A stretch of 64,000 bases of DNA from Octopus vulgaris (Eukaryota), in contig OX597825.1 in the NCBI GenBank assembly GCA_951406725.2, forward strand, positions 14,446,001 to 14,510,000, in the 5' to 3' direction. This document shows positions 27,247 through 40,095 of the stretch, piece by piece. The notes beneath the pieces are model-generated. The model was given only the letters and a program-made list of their open reading frames with translations, did no database searches and was not told the DNA's origin. The number at the start of each line of letters is the position of its first letter. The stretch's first letter is position 1. A program made the translations under genes and the position numbers.

Positions 27247-27445
27247 ATCCAAACAAGAAAGCACAAAAAAACATAACAACGCGAGGACGTGGAACAAGTA
27301 TAGTATTATTGGACGCTCAGGAAAGAAGGAAAGGAGGAGGGTTTAATGTTTCGAGCGGAGCTCTTCGTCGGAAACATAGGAGAAGGAAAGATCCAGAGAA
27401 GGGAAGACAGAGGAAAAACATCGCCAACGGTACACACGCGGTCAC
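27243..27445 (-). mobile_element. Penelope-like pLTR fragment with degenerate minimal hammerhead, abutting (TA)n
   Basis: Minus 27375-27341: GTTT-CCGACGA-A-GAGC.TCC.GCTC-GAAAC-ATT-AAAC. Confidence 0.7.
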
Positions 27446-27627
27446 ATATATACATGTGAAAAGTTAGCTGAGTTAAAGGTTAAAAAAACCGTCTAAAGGA
27501 TAGAAGTATCCATTAAGCTACCGGTATATTACGTATGTTTAACCATGAAAACACATATGCAACCATATTATGCTCATAAATTATAGGTAAAGCCAAGGAT
27601 TAACATGATTTTATCAAGAATCAAAAT

Positions 27628-27898
<271 letters not shown>

Positions 27899-28094
27899 CT
27901 ATATATAATATATATATATATATATATGTATGTATATATGTATAGTAGAATGACAAAATGACAAAAATGTTCTTGGTACTATATATTATATTTGAAAAAA
28001 TGAGTAGAGATGATGGCTTTTGGGTGGGACAATTCTTATTTTAATGATAATGTTTACAGTTGCTGTAATGAGTTTCGAGCTACATCAGGTGAGG

Positions 28095-28600
28095 GGCTAT
28101 GGACAGTTATCTCGAGAACCAAATGGACAGTCGGATCCTGAGGGAACCGAATTGTATTGACAGCCCAGAGTGGCCTTCGCACGTGGCTGCTCTGGTGCTG
28201 GAAAGAAGACATTGCAATATGATAATTGACTCGTGTAAAAACGAGAATTTCAGAATTCTACATTGGAGTCCCAGAATTCGGTTGCAGTAATGCTTGAAAG
28301 TTGCACGTGATTTGCTGGGGGAAAGAATTGTAGAGTTTTATTGCCTCTTATTTCTGAATAAACTAATTTTGGTTGTATGGACATTTTAGTCCAAAGAAAT
28401 TGTATTTTTGAATAGTAAGAGGGTCATTACCTCGGTGTATGTATTTTTAATAATGTTTTAGAGAAGCAGAGGATTGGCGGGCGCCTTCTGCGTTCTCCCA
28501 TCTTTATCATTTTTCATCATAATCATCCGTCTCATTAATGTTTATGTCCAGCCTGCAAGCTACTCTTTGTAATGTCTTTATGGCAAATCTTTATGAAGTA
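28095..28600 (+). mobile_element. 5'-truncated SINE-A-targeting retroelement, copy 1
   Basis: ORF 28099-28290 (..CIDSPEWPSHVAALV..SCKNENFRIL); 3' end GTCCAGCCTGCAAGCTAC..TTTATGGCAAA..TGAAGTA joined to AAGTAGCTTGCTTACC. Confidence 0.75.
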
Positions 28601-28616
28601 AAGTAGCTTGCTTACC

Positions 28617-30228
28617 TTACTCGACAGAAGAGTTCGCATTTGCATGCTACTTGGATATCACGTCTTTCAACGTGCAATATTGAACGTTTAAAGCTCGACT
28701 ACAGGTAGGCGTTTGTTTTATTTTTGGGGGCCCTAGTGGAATTTTTGTTGTTCTGTTATTAATAATTTTTGTTGAGCAACAGTATCCAATCTGCTCCAGA
28801 CATTTCCCTGCCTGTGGTCGTGCGAAAAATCTCACTTTGCACTGAGAATTGTGTTTTTGAGGAGGCGTATCCCCTCCGTGAAAAATTGCTGGCTGTGAAA
28901 ATTGCCTTTACCATTTGAGGATTTCCAGTTTGGAACTAGTTTGGATTAAGAAAAAACTTCGGCGTCAAGGTAAGTGGGTTTTTTGCTGCTGAGCTGGGTA
29001 GAATTCTTGTGTGTTTTATTTTTATTACAGTATATTCTGTCAAACTCTGGGGCAATTTCACTTATCCTTGGCGATGTTGTGATTGTGCTTTTTAACAAGG
29101 AGGTGAAGAACTTCAATGTGAATATTTTCACTACAGTTATTTAGAAAAAAAAAAATTGGTGCTTGCAAACTGTGCGTGGTCTTGAACCTGGAAACGTTGG
29201 AAGTACATTACCAGAAGGATTATTAAGAGATTTGAAGGCTGTAAGTGTGCTGGGAGTACCGTGTAGCTCGAAAATTTTATTTTCTGCCGTGGAGAATTGT
29301 ACAAATTTATTTATTTTTCTGAACAATTTTAGTTGGAATAGAATTTTTTTTTCTGAACAATTTTAGTTGAACTTTTTATTTTTTGTGTGTTCAAAGACTT
29401 TTTGTTGTTTTTTGTTGAGTGACTTTTTTCCTTGTTTGAACTGTGTTTTATCGACATGGCAGATAAAATGATAAAAAATAAGACCACTGCTTTGGAGTGG
29501 GAGATTGTCCCACCCAAGCAGTGGTTAAAAGATATGGAGGAGAGGACGGTGATGGTTAGAAGAAAAAAGAGGAAGAAGAAAAACGGGAGACGGTCAGTAG
29601 ATGTCGCTGTGCCGCCGGCCGAAACCGATGTTTCTCCGGCTGGAAGTGTGCCACCGGAGCAAGAAGCTCTGTCAGTGGGAATTGTGCCACTGACGGAGCA
29701 GGATGTGACCTCTCTCTGTGAGGAACGTTGTCATTATTTATCTCAAAGGAGGGCCTGTGGAGTTATACTTGGACAGTCTACTAAACCGAAACGATATAAC
29801 TCGACCTGTATAGACTGTCCAAGTTGGCCTCCGCAGGTGGTTGCGGAAGTCATAAATCAGAAAGTACTAATTGAGGTCAGGAAGACCTGTAACAAAGAAG
29901 ATTTTGTTTCCCTCTGTCCGGGCCTGCCGATGCATCTTCCCTGCTGGCGGCAGAAAACTTCCTTGGGGGCCCCGATGAGGAAGACGAAGAATAATGAAAA
30001 AAATATTTTTGTATTTTGTAATTTTAATTTTTGAATGTTTTGTGATTATAATTTCGATTTATATTGATTTAAATTGAACAGTGATTTCGAGGGGTTATCG
30101 GACGGCGGGCGCCGGTGCCCCTCCCATTTTTTTTTTCCATCTTTATCGTTCTCATACACATTGATGTCTCGTCCAACCCGCAGCTACCTTTATCTGTGTG
30201 CGACCTTCATGGTCAATTCGATGAAATA
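28617..30228 (+). mobile_element. 1.6-kb SINE-A-targeting RT-less retroelement, copy 2, with 16-bp TSD
   Basis: Flanked by AAGTAGCTTGCTTACC (28601-28616) and AAGTACCTTCCTTACC (30229-30244); long 5' UTR, one ORF, T-rich 3' UTR ending TGAAATA. Confidence 0.85.
29456..30034 (+). CDS. 192-aa ORF of the element (ORF1/HAL1-like, function unknown)
   Basis: ATG at 29456; basic cluster RRKKRKKK, P/E-rich linker, C-terminal CIDCPSWPPQVVAEV..TCNKEDFVSL homologous to the 28099 ORF; no RT or EN motifs. Confidence 0.6.
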   Translation: MADKMIKNKTTALEWEIVPPKQWLKDMEERTVMVRRKKRKKKNGRRSVDVAVPPAETDVSPAGSVPPEQEALSVGIVPLTEQDVTSLCEERCHYLSQRRACGVILGQSTKPKRYNSTCIDCPSWPPQVVAEVINQKVLIEVRKTCNKEDFVSLCPGLPMHLPCWRQKTSLGAPMRKTKNNEKNIFVFCNFNF

Positions 30229-30607
30229 AAGTACCTTCCTTACCAACCACATAGTTCCGGGTCGAGTCCCATTGCGTGGCACCTTGGGCAAGTGTCTTCT
30301 ACTATGGCCTCCTCATGCCGACCAAAGCCCTGTGAGTGGATTTGGTAGACGGAAACTGAAAGAAGCCCGTCGTATATATATGTATAAGTGTATATATGTG
30401 TGTGTTTGTATTTGTCCTCCCAACATCGCTTGACAACCGATGCTGGTGTGTTTACGTCCACATAACTTAGCGGTTCGGCAAAATATACCGATAGAATAAG
30501 TACTAGGCATCTAAAGATTAAGTCCTGGGGTCGATTTGCTCCACTAAAGGCGGTGCTCCAGCATGGCCGCAGCCAAATGACTGTAACAGGTAAAAGAGTA
30601 AAAGAGT
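30229..30607 (+). mobile_element. SINE-A lacking its A box (target of the upstream insertions)
   Basis: Starts at AAGTACCTTCCTTACCAACCAC; full body and GTAAAAGAG tail. Confidence 0.9.
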
Positions 30608-31743
30608 ATACGTACATAAGATAGTACAAAAAAAGGGTGCATACTCATATCATGTGAATGTAAGTGCCATCACCAAAAAAGGATTAGAACTGAACCTTTG
30701 ACTGGAGCTGAACCACGTGATTGCAAATCTAGCTTCCTAACGACGCATGAGAAAAAGCCTTTGCCTGGCAAATACACAGGAATCCGAAAACTTTGGTCAC
30801 GAATGTTAATAGATTAATATGAATCTGATGCCGATGTCCAGATCTGGATTGACTTCGGAAATCCTTGGTAAAAATTTCACCTATGTAGATTATTTTTATT
30901 GGAATTTCGGTGTAGAAGTCCTATGCCTGGAAACCATTTCCCTTGAGCTTATAAACACTAAACTGCTTTAAATATAACGGTGAATTCTCGTACATGGAAG
31001 TTGGTTTAGCCTTGAAAACCCTAAAATACAGCTTGTATGTTGCCTACGAATGTCTGAAACAGAATTTATGCTTGTATTCGGTGTCTTCTTGAAGAGTAGT
31101 ATGTGTAATATTATCGCATTTGGTAATACTCATTTTTGACAGGCATATAAAATGTAAGGATAGGTTGCAGGAAACGCGTTTCGTGATTATAATGCCAATA
31201 ATCATGGCACGAAGTAGAGATTAGTATTAATATATGATGATCCAAAGAGAAGGGGAACATGATAGTTGTAATTTACTTGATAATTAATATAATATTTCAT
31301 TAAGGTAATTAAACAGAGATTCCAGTAATAGATCCGATAATGTCGAAACTAATTTGCTTTCATACACAAACACAAACACCATCTCACAGATTCACTCACG
31401 TGCTACACACACACATATAAAATGTGTATGCATAGAAATGTATGTATGTATGTACACCAAATCCAACGTTTACCACCTATGTATGTTATGTGGTATGTAT
31501 ATCAACTAAGGTATGCACCAGAAATTAAAGCCAAAAGTAAGCTTAGCTTCATGCAAGAATATTACTAAATCATTTTCAGGGCTGTAATATATATATGTAT
31601 GCATGAATGGATGGATGTGTGTATGTTCTTGCGTGTGCTTACACATAAGCAGACACACACTCATATGCATATATAAGTAAGCGCATAACTGCAAAACAAG
31701 CTAGAAAAAAATTGCCCTTGAGATGAGGTATAGTAGAATGCGA

Positions 31744-31891
31744 TTTATCAAAAGCGAATACTTCTTCACAAACTGTGTCTCACAGTTTAACGTTACAGTT
31801 AGCTGACAACTTCGATCATATAGTCCGATTAACGATTATTAACTCAATCACTGAGTAACAGTTTGTGAAGATGTTTCTCGCCTTTAATAAA
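31744..31891. repeat. Inverted repeat, ~40-bp arms
   Basis: TTTATCAAAAGCGAATACTTCTTCACAAACTGT versus ACAGTTTGTGAAGATGTTTCTCGCCTTTAATAAA. Confidence 0.7.
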
Positions 31892-31929
31892 CAGTGTATA
31901 TAAATACATTTAAATATATACATATATAT

Positions 31930-32560
31930 CTTATTGGTTTTTTTTTTCAATTTTCAGCTCAGAGCTATAGTGATGCTGGGGCACAACCGTTTTGCTATAC
32001 TGTTATGATTGGGAACCTCCTCTCATATGAGGCATTTGGTAAATAAGGGAGTTTGATGTCGTTGAACTCATTTGCGACTCCTGCCACAAGGTAGGTTCAT
32101 AACGGACTCTCGACAGGTAGAGATCCAAGTTGGATTTGAAAATATCTACATCTACTTCATGTGGGTCCCTCAGGCTCTTTGGGAGAATATTAAACATCTG
32201 TGGGCCCCCGAAATCCAGGCTGTTGTAGCAACTGTTCCTGAAGTGGGATGGCATTGCTGGGATCTTTGGTTCTATGCAGTGGTGACACGTTCTGGCATTT
32301 GTATAGCTTTCAATGACAAAATTTGGCACAATCACTTCCAGGATCTTCCAGATGTATATTACTGCATATCTTTCCCGCCTTCGGTCCACGGAACAGAGTC
32401 TTAGCTGCTTTAGCATTTCCCAGTAGATGAGCCGTTGCAATGAGACGGGCTTTTTTGTGAGGCTTCACTGAATTGCTTCCAGGTCCGCTGTTAATTTTTT
32501 CACTGTGAGGAAACCATAGCTAGGAGCAGTACAGCTGGTGGCTGAGGAGGAATGACCGGT
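31930..32560 (-). mobile_element. CR1-clade LINE 3' fragment (ORF2 C-terminus and 3' UTR)
   Basis: YCS*LWFP..DLEAIQ..YWEMLKQLRLCSVDRRRERYAVIYIWKILE..GPQMFNILPKSLR..FKSNLDLYL. Confidence 0.9.
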
Positions 32561-32564
32561 GGCC

Positions 32565-32603
<39 letters not shown>

Positions 32604-32640
32604 TCACACACAAAGATACACACGCATACACACGCATATT

Positions 32641-33011
32641 TCTCTATATATAAACGGCAGTTTGTCTGTGCGTGTTTCTGTGTGTCTGTTTTCTCGTACC
32701 CTCACCCTGACCATGGCTTTCAACCGATTCTGATGAAACTTGACACACACATAGCCCAATGTCATAATTCAAAACTAACGCAGCGAAAATTTTGAAAAGT
32801 TAACCCCAGTTCTGAAAAAAATCGATAAATTCGACATGGGGTCGAGAATAAAAAAACAAACCACAGACTGTCTAGGGGACGCAACTCAACCTTTTTTACT
32901 CTCAAAAAATTTACCATAATTTTTTTCCATTTTTTTGCTATTTTTTGGCTATAACTCTCTAAAAATGCTTTATAGTTATACAAACCTGAGCAACGCCGGG
33001 CGATACTGTAG
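32641..33011 (+). mobile_element. Non-autonomous Helitron
   Basis: 5' TCTCTATATATAAA, CTGT-rich tract, AACCGATTCTGATGAAACTT, 3' hairpin CCTGAGCAACGCCGGG then ..CTGTAG|T. Confidence 0.8.
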
Positions 33012-33114
33012 TATTAAATATATATGTACGCATATGCATATATATGTGTGTGTGTGTGTGTGGATGTATATTTATAAACGCACGAGTGTTTACAGAGGTA
33101 TGTTTATATCGCCA

Positions 33115-33161
<47 letters not shown>

Positions 33162-34044
33162 TATATATATATATACACACACCCATTTGGATATGTAATT
33201 ATATACAGGTATGTGTGCGTTTATGTGTGTCCGATGTGTGTGTGCATGTGTCCGTATGTGTGTGCATGTATCCGTGCGTGTGTGCGTGACTAGCATGTAC
33301 GTATATACACCCACCAAAATAGATGATCATACTATTGTCATACGATTAGATGAGGATGATCACGACAATGATGACGATGATGACGACTCTGATGATGATG
33401 GGCATCGTCAGTGACATTTGCCACGCCATGCTCATCCAGGATGGTAAATATGAAGAACACTTCGATTAGTGTAAAGAAACCAAACATAAAATATTAACAA
33501 AAGCCTAATGCCGAAAAAAATACAAACAAACACGATACTTGTTGTTGTTATAATATGTTTGGTGTTAGTCGTAGACACTAGTGTTGATGGCCTGAGAGAA
33601 ATACAGTGCTGTAACCAAACAGAGGTCTCCTTCATTGCACAGTATCATCACGGTCGTTTCGCCTCAAGTGATTCCTGTTTATGATTATAAGAATAAGACC
33701 AAACTGTATAGAAAAACATTCACCAATATTTCACAGCAATCACATCTAAAAAAAAGGTTGTTACAAAACAACGCAGATATGTACACACACACACACACAC
33801 ACACATGCACACGCACATACAAACACACACACAACACACACATACACACACATGCACACGCACTCACAAACACACACATGCACACACACATTCCTCCTTA
33901 CAAACTTTCACACATTTTTTTATACATGCATTTACAGATACATTTCACTTTGTGTAACATATATATATATATGTGTGTGTGTGTCTGTGTATGTATGAAT
34001 CCATGTTATTCATATGTATATCTACATAAATATTCACTGACATA

Positions 34045-34923
<879 letters not shown>

Positions 34924-35299
34924 CTATTTTTATGCCTCCTTCTTTCAAGAAGATCTTGATATATTGTTGAATACTCAACGGTGATGAAGAGGCAAAAAAT
35001 TAAATTTGTAGCCGAGAAAAATTTTTCTTGTGTGGAGGAGTGGAAGGCATCTAAATATTGGAAAACATTTATCTCTATCATAATGTTAAGCCGACATTAT
35101 AGCTGTTGAGTAATGGTCTGTAAACATTTTAAAAACTGGAAGAAGGGACAATGGTCAGCAGGAATCACCGCATTCCCACTGCATCCATGCACCGGCATTC
35201 ATCTTATAATTACAGGAAAAAGTGATGAAAAATTGAACCGAGGCATTGCAGGCTCAGCGCATGTTTGCGTTTCAGAGACTACGACATGTCCAACCCGTC

Positions 35300-35780
35300 A
35301 ATTAGCGGATGGTGACGAGAAATAGAGCACCCGATCAGTGGAACGCTTCGCTTTCACAGATTGAGGAAAAAGTATTCGCTCCAGTTTCGTTAGACGTGAA
35401 TTGGAGCAAGGCACAGCGGTCAGATGGTAATATAAATATGGGGACGATATAAGCATTCATCATCTCTACCCGACCTTTCAAAGATAGGTTTCTCTCATCC
35501 CATTTCTGGGGGAGATTGGCTAACCTCGCCAATTAGTCCTCGAAGACATGCGCCATCTTTTTTACTCAGACCTTGGCCAAAATTTTGAAATTTATCCGCC
35601 TGAAACTTTTGACTGGGTCCCCCTTGTTCGCGTCCTTTCTTACCAGAGCCACTGAAATGTGAATTCTCCCGTTCTGCTGCCAGTGGCGATGAATATCTCC
35701 AAACAAGTCAGGTATATGAAAGTACAGTTTATAGGAGATACGATCCAAATCAGGACATTTGCACTCCTCATAGTTCAGCC
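35300..35780 (-). mobile_element. L1/Tx1-clade RT remnant, internally deleted
   Basis: KCPDLDRISYKLY (cf. KSPGLDGLPYEFY)..KDANKGDPVKSFR..FKILAKV; QKWDERNLSLKGRVEMMNAYIVP. Confidence 0.85.
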
Positions 35781-35959
35781 ATATTAAAATTTTTTAATAT
35801 TTTGAAAAAATGTTTTCTATTCAAAATTTCACCCCTTAGGATAGATAGCAATAATTTTTGCTCATTTTGACTTATAACAGTGAAAATAAGTCACTTGTAC
35901 CCAGAGCGTTCGGGACACGTCTAGTTTCAGCGACAACAACAACAGCAATAATAATGGTA

Positions 35960-36312
35960 GTGCTTTCTACTAAAACCACAAGGCCTGAAATTTTGCACGA
36001 GTGGACTGGTCGGTTACAGCAACCCAAGCAAATATATCGACCCCGAAAAGATGAAAGGCAAAGTCGACCTCGTTAAATCTTGAACTCAGAACGTAGCGAG
36101 CGACGAAGTTCCGCTAAGCATTTTGCCCGGTAGTCTAATGATACTGTCAGCTAGCCGCCTTGATAGTAATTATTTCTACTAAAGAGACAAGGCCTGATAT
36201 TTGTATGGAGGGGAACTTTATCGAATATATCGACTCCAGCGTTTCACTTGTACTTAAATCATCAACCACAAAAGGATGAAAAACAACGACGTCCTCGATG
36301 GAATTTGAACTT
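35960..36312 (-). mobile_element. Two degenerate SINE-B copies in tandem
   Basis: TCGACCCCGAAAAGATGAAAGGCAAAGTCGACCTCG..GAACTCAGAACG; second copy AAAGGATGAAA..GGAATTTGAAC. Confidence 0.7.
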
Positions 36313-36319
36313 AAGAAGA

Positions 36320-38460
36320 AGAGGAAGAAACATTTTACTTAGGGCATTTAGAAGAAGAGCTCACTTAAAAACAAGATAGCAATAACATTGCAATTAAGTA
36401 TTCCTACGACATGATATCAATAAAGCATATTGGACCAAACCAAAGAGACTCTGTATACATATCTTGAGCCCCATCAAGGTAATAATATTAACACAAGGCA
36501 ACGCGAAAGATAACAAGTGCAGGTAGTTATACACCCAGCAACGAGAGATATCTTAGAAGAATCAGAGGAATACATAAAAAACAGAGAATAAAGGAGTGGG
36601 GTTTATATGGAACTAGAGTTGAATGTTTATATAAAAGATGACATTCAAGAAAGCTTAGGAAAATGAAGAAATATAAATCCTTGGAAGAAACAGATGCCAT
36701 CTATGTAAATTTGATATATTTTGTAAGAAAAAGAATAAAGTGTAAAGTTTCAGGATAATGTAAAATTACAGATAATATGTACTGCTGTGGAATGAAAATC
36801 AAAATTCTACAGGTAATGTAGCAAAAAAATATTTATTCAAAATGGAGAAGAATTCTCAATACAATATCGTGATAGCAAAATGTGAATGTATTACAAAAGT
36901 ATGTATACGAAAATAACAAACAAATTTCACCAAACTTTCCAGCACACAAATAACCCATAATTGCAATTTTTATTAGCATTACCAATGATATCGCATCACT
37001 AATATATATCTAAAGTGACTTTAAATTGTACTCCTTCCTTTCAGGACATGAAATTAATACAGCCCTGAACGGATGAAGATCTGTTACACGGTAACTTTTT
37101 CTAAGGAACGAGAGGCAGCTTTGCACACAAAGCTTATGGTGTGGATACTAAAGAAAAAGAAAAATAATACATATTTGGTCTGTGGTATACCACTATACAC
37201 TGACATACTTAAGCTTCCAGTGGTCAAAATCATGGATTCGTGTGTCACGTTTGGGAACAGGGTATGCTCACTATTATTCGAGCCTGCAATAAACTGTAAA
37301 GAAAACAAACGGAGAGAAACCATCTGTGGTTTATAAATGCACAAATATTTCAAGTTTGCAAGAGTAATAAGACCAGCAAAACGAAGCAAAGATGCACATA
37401 ACAGAGTATAACCAAGAATAGACAAAAACAAATGGAAATATAACCAGTGATATTAAGGAGGTTTGATAAATTCTAAAATCTAAATGGTAAGCGCGGCGTT
37501 AAAATGCTTAATCTAACGAAACAAGAAAATTTTGTTAAACAAAAGAGAAGAGAAATAATCATGAGACTAATTACATCAGTGCTAATCAACAAATGCAAAG
37601 TATGCGACCCAGAAATATTTGTAATAATCACTAATTGATAAGAAACGTAAATGCATAAACAGAATCGATAGTGATTTTTAAGGCAATGCATTATAAGAAA
37701 ACGTATTGAAGAAGACGTGTAAACAATAGTTGACTCATATATGAAGCGAACGCCTCTCATAAAGAAAGGAGACATTAGAAATTTGGTCTGGCATACACCT
37801 AAAGGAATTGATTTGTCACGACAGAAATATGTTTGATAATCAATGGTAATCTTACTATTCATTGAAAATAATAGCAACGGCGTCTTTAAATATATGGGTA
37901 GTACATGACGAATATGTGATGATGTTGCAATTTTTCCACACTGGTTAATTAATTGCAATAACGCAATTTGAATTTCGGAGCCATTATAGAATCTAAAAAT
38001 AAATCTTATCTAACATTGTAATTGGTAGAATCTGAGATATATAGTATCGCAACTGAAAATATTGGGAAAACATCTATAAGAGTATTCATAGCTCCATCTC
38101 AATGGAAAATGGAGGCTGTATGAAACTAGGATGTGACATAATCCTGTGGAAGTTACAGGGGAAAGTTAAAATATTAATAACGTAAAACACAGCTGAGGAG
38201 TCCGACAGCTGTAGTAATAAAAGAATAATAAAAACCGAGTATGAAATTTGATTGATACTGAATGTCTTGAAAGCAGATGCTTATCATTTAAATTACAAAC
38301 ACTACAAAACAGAAGTGGCAAAAATGAGAAGAAAAAATTCAAGAGCGTTATGTATTTTAACAGGCGCTCTGCAACGGATAAATATAGAAATGAGATACAG
38401 AATATTTGCTATGCTTTTGCACGCCACAAAGGCTAGCGAAATGGAGTTCTTAATAATATA
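36320..38460 (+). mobile_element. Highly decayed Dong/R4-type LINE (RT to RLE)
   Basis: LRKMKKYKS; FKYMG; PTAVVIKE..LIDTEC..YKHYKTEVAKMRRKNSRALCILTGAL (cf. KYxxLxxExxxMW..IVIGALG). Confidence 0.6.
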
Positions 38461-39214
38461 GGAACATTCCATATCAAAAGTTCTGTCAATATGGAAAAAA
38501 ATATGACGAGAGATATTCACAAATTAGCATCTCTCTGCTTTCTTAAGTCCACATTGACAGATATTTAACTCTACAACGCCTTGTGTTAATAATTCTTGAC
38601 GCTTCCATTACGACATTATTATAGAGAGAAAACGACAAAATTGAAAGCTTGGATGAGCACTAAGGATATTTTACGTTTGAACAATAATATTGCAGGGAAG
38701 CAATTATAATATCTGGCAGTTGCTGAAACTTTTTCAGTCGTGCTTTGAGAATTGCCAATATATATATTTTTTTCCGTTTATTGCATAGTGATAATTGAGC
38801 TGTAATAGAGGCAAACACATTCTTATTGGCAAAGAACGCAACGTGCAAATAACTCCGCATACGTAAAATAAGAAAAACACGTTGAATAATTCCTTGAAAT
38901 TTACACTCTGCACGCAATCATGGAAATCATTACGAAGAATTTCAGCTGACTCAAAAGTATGTGCCATAAATATTAACCTAAACCAAAACAGCAGAATATC
39001 ACGAATATTTTCACGGTCAAATTAGGATCGATAGCTATAAGATACTAGTGAAAACAGAAATACATATTTAGGCTCTGCTTTCATGTAGAATTGGTTTTGG
39101 ATTATTATGGTTTGTTGGCATGTTTAGTGAAAGCATAATCTGACATGGATTTGAATTTTGAGTAAAGGAGGAAGTAAGGTCAGGTTTTAGTTTCATATTC
39201 ATACATTTCTCTAA

Positions 39215-39770
39215 GGCGGTAAGCTGGCAGAAACGTAAGCACGCCGGGCGAAATGCGTTGCCGTATTTCGTCTGCCGTTACGATCTGAGTTCAAACTCCG
39301 CTGAGGTCGCCTTTGTCTGTCATCCTTTCGGGGTCGATAAATTAAGTACCAGTTACGCACTGGGGTCGATATAATCGACTTAATCCGTTTGTCTGTCCTT
39401 GTTTGTCCCTTCTATGTTTAGCCCCCTGTGTATAGTAAAGAAATAGGTATTTCGTCAGCCGTTACGATCTGAGTTCAAACTCCGCTGAGGTCGCCTTTGT
39501 CTGTCATCCTTTCGGGGTCGATAAATTAAGTACCAGTTACGCACTGGGGTCGATATAATCGACTTAATCCATTTGTCTGTCCGTGTTTGTCTTCTCTGTG
39601 TTTAGCACTTTGTGGGCAGTAAAGAAATGGGCAAGATGGCAGTCGTTAACACGCCGGGTGAAATGCGTAACGGCATCTCTTCTGTTTGTATATCCTGAGT
39701 TCAAATTCTACCTAGGTCGACTTTGCCTTTCATCCACTCGAAGTCGATAAAATCAGTACCACTTGAACAC
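39215..39770 (+). mobile_element. SINE-B tandem dimer plus a third partial unit
   Basis: Units joined at GAAATAG|GTATTTCGTC (39446/39447); both units share private variants. Confidence 0.9.
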
Positions 39771-39774
39771 TTGA

Positions 39775-40095
39775 GATCCCCTACGGTCATGACTGACAGT
39801 GGGATTGCATCTAGAAAGTTACCCTCCCAGGCACAAGTCCGGGCAAGGTTGTTTATGGAAGACCAGCAGTTGCTCATGCACACCAGCCTCCCCACTTCAC
39901 ACCACCAATGTTATCTAAGGGAAAGGCAAAGGGGCCGATACAGCTTGGCACCTGTGACGTTGCAACTCATTTCTACAGCTGAGTGAACTGGAACAACGTG
40001 AAATAAAGTGTCTTGCTCAAGAACATAACATGCAGCCCGGTCCAGGATTCGAACTCACAACCTGACGATCTAACCACTAAGCAATGCGCCTTCAC
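39775..40095 (-). mobile_element. SINE family D
   Basis: GTGAAGGCGCATTGCTTAGTGGTTAG head, GTTCCAGTTCACTCAGCTGTAGAAATGAGTTGC core, tail as in the 2333 copy. Confidence 0.85.

Noticed and set aside
28060-28095. Minus-strand CTGATGTAGCTCGAAAC hammerhead-like string
   Set aside because: Core altered, and stems II and III cannot form; at most a deleted remnant
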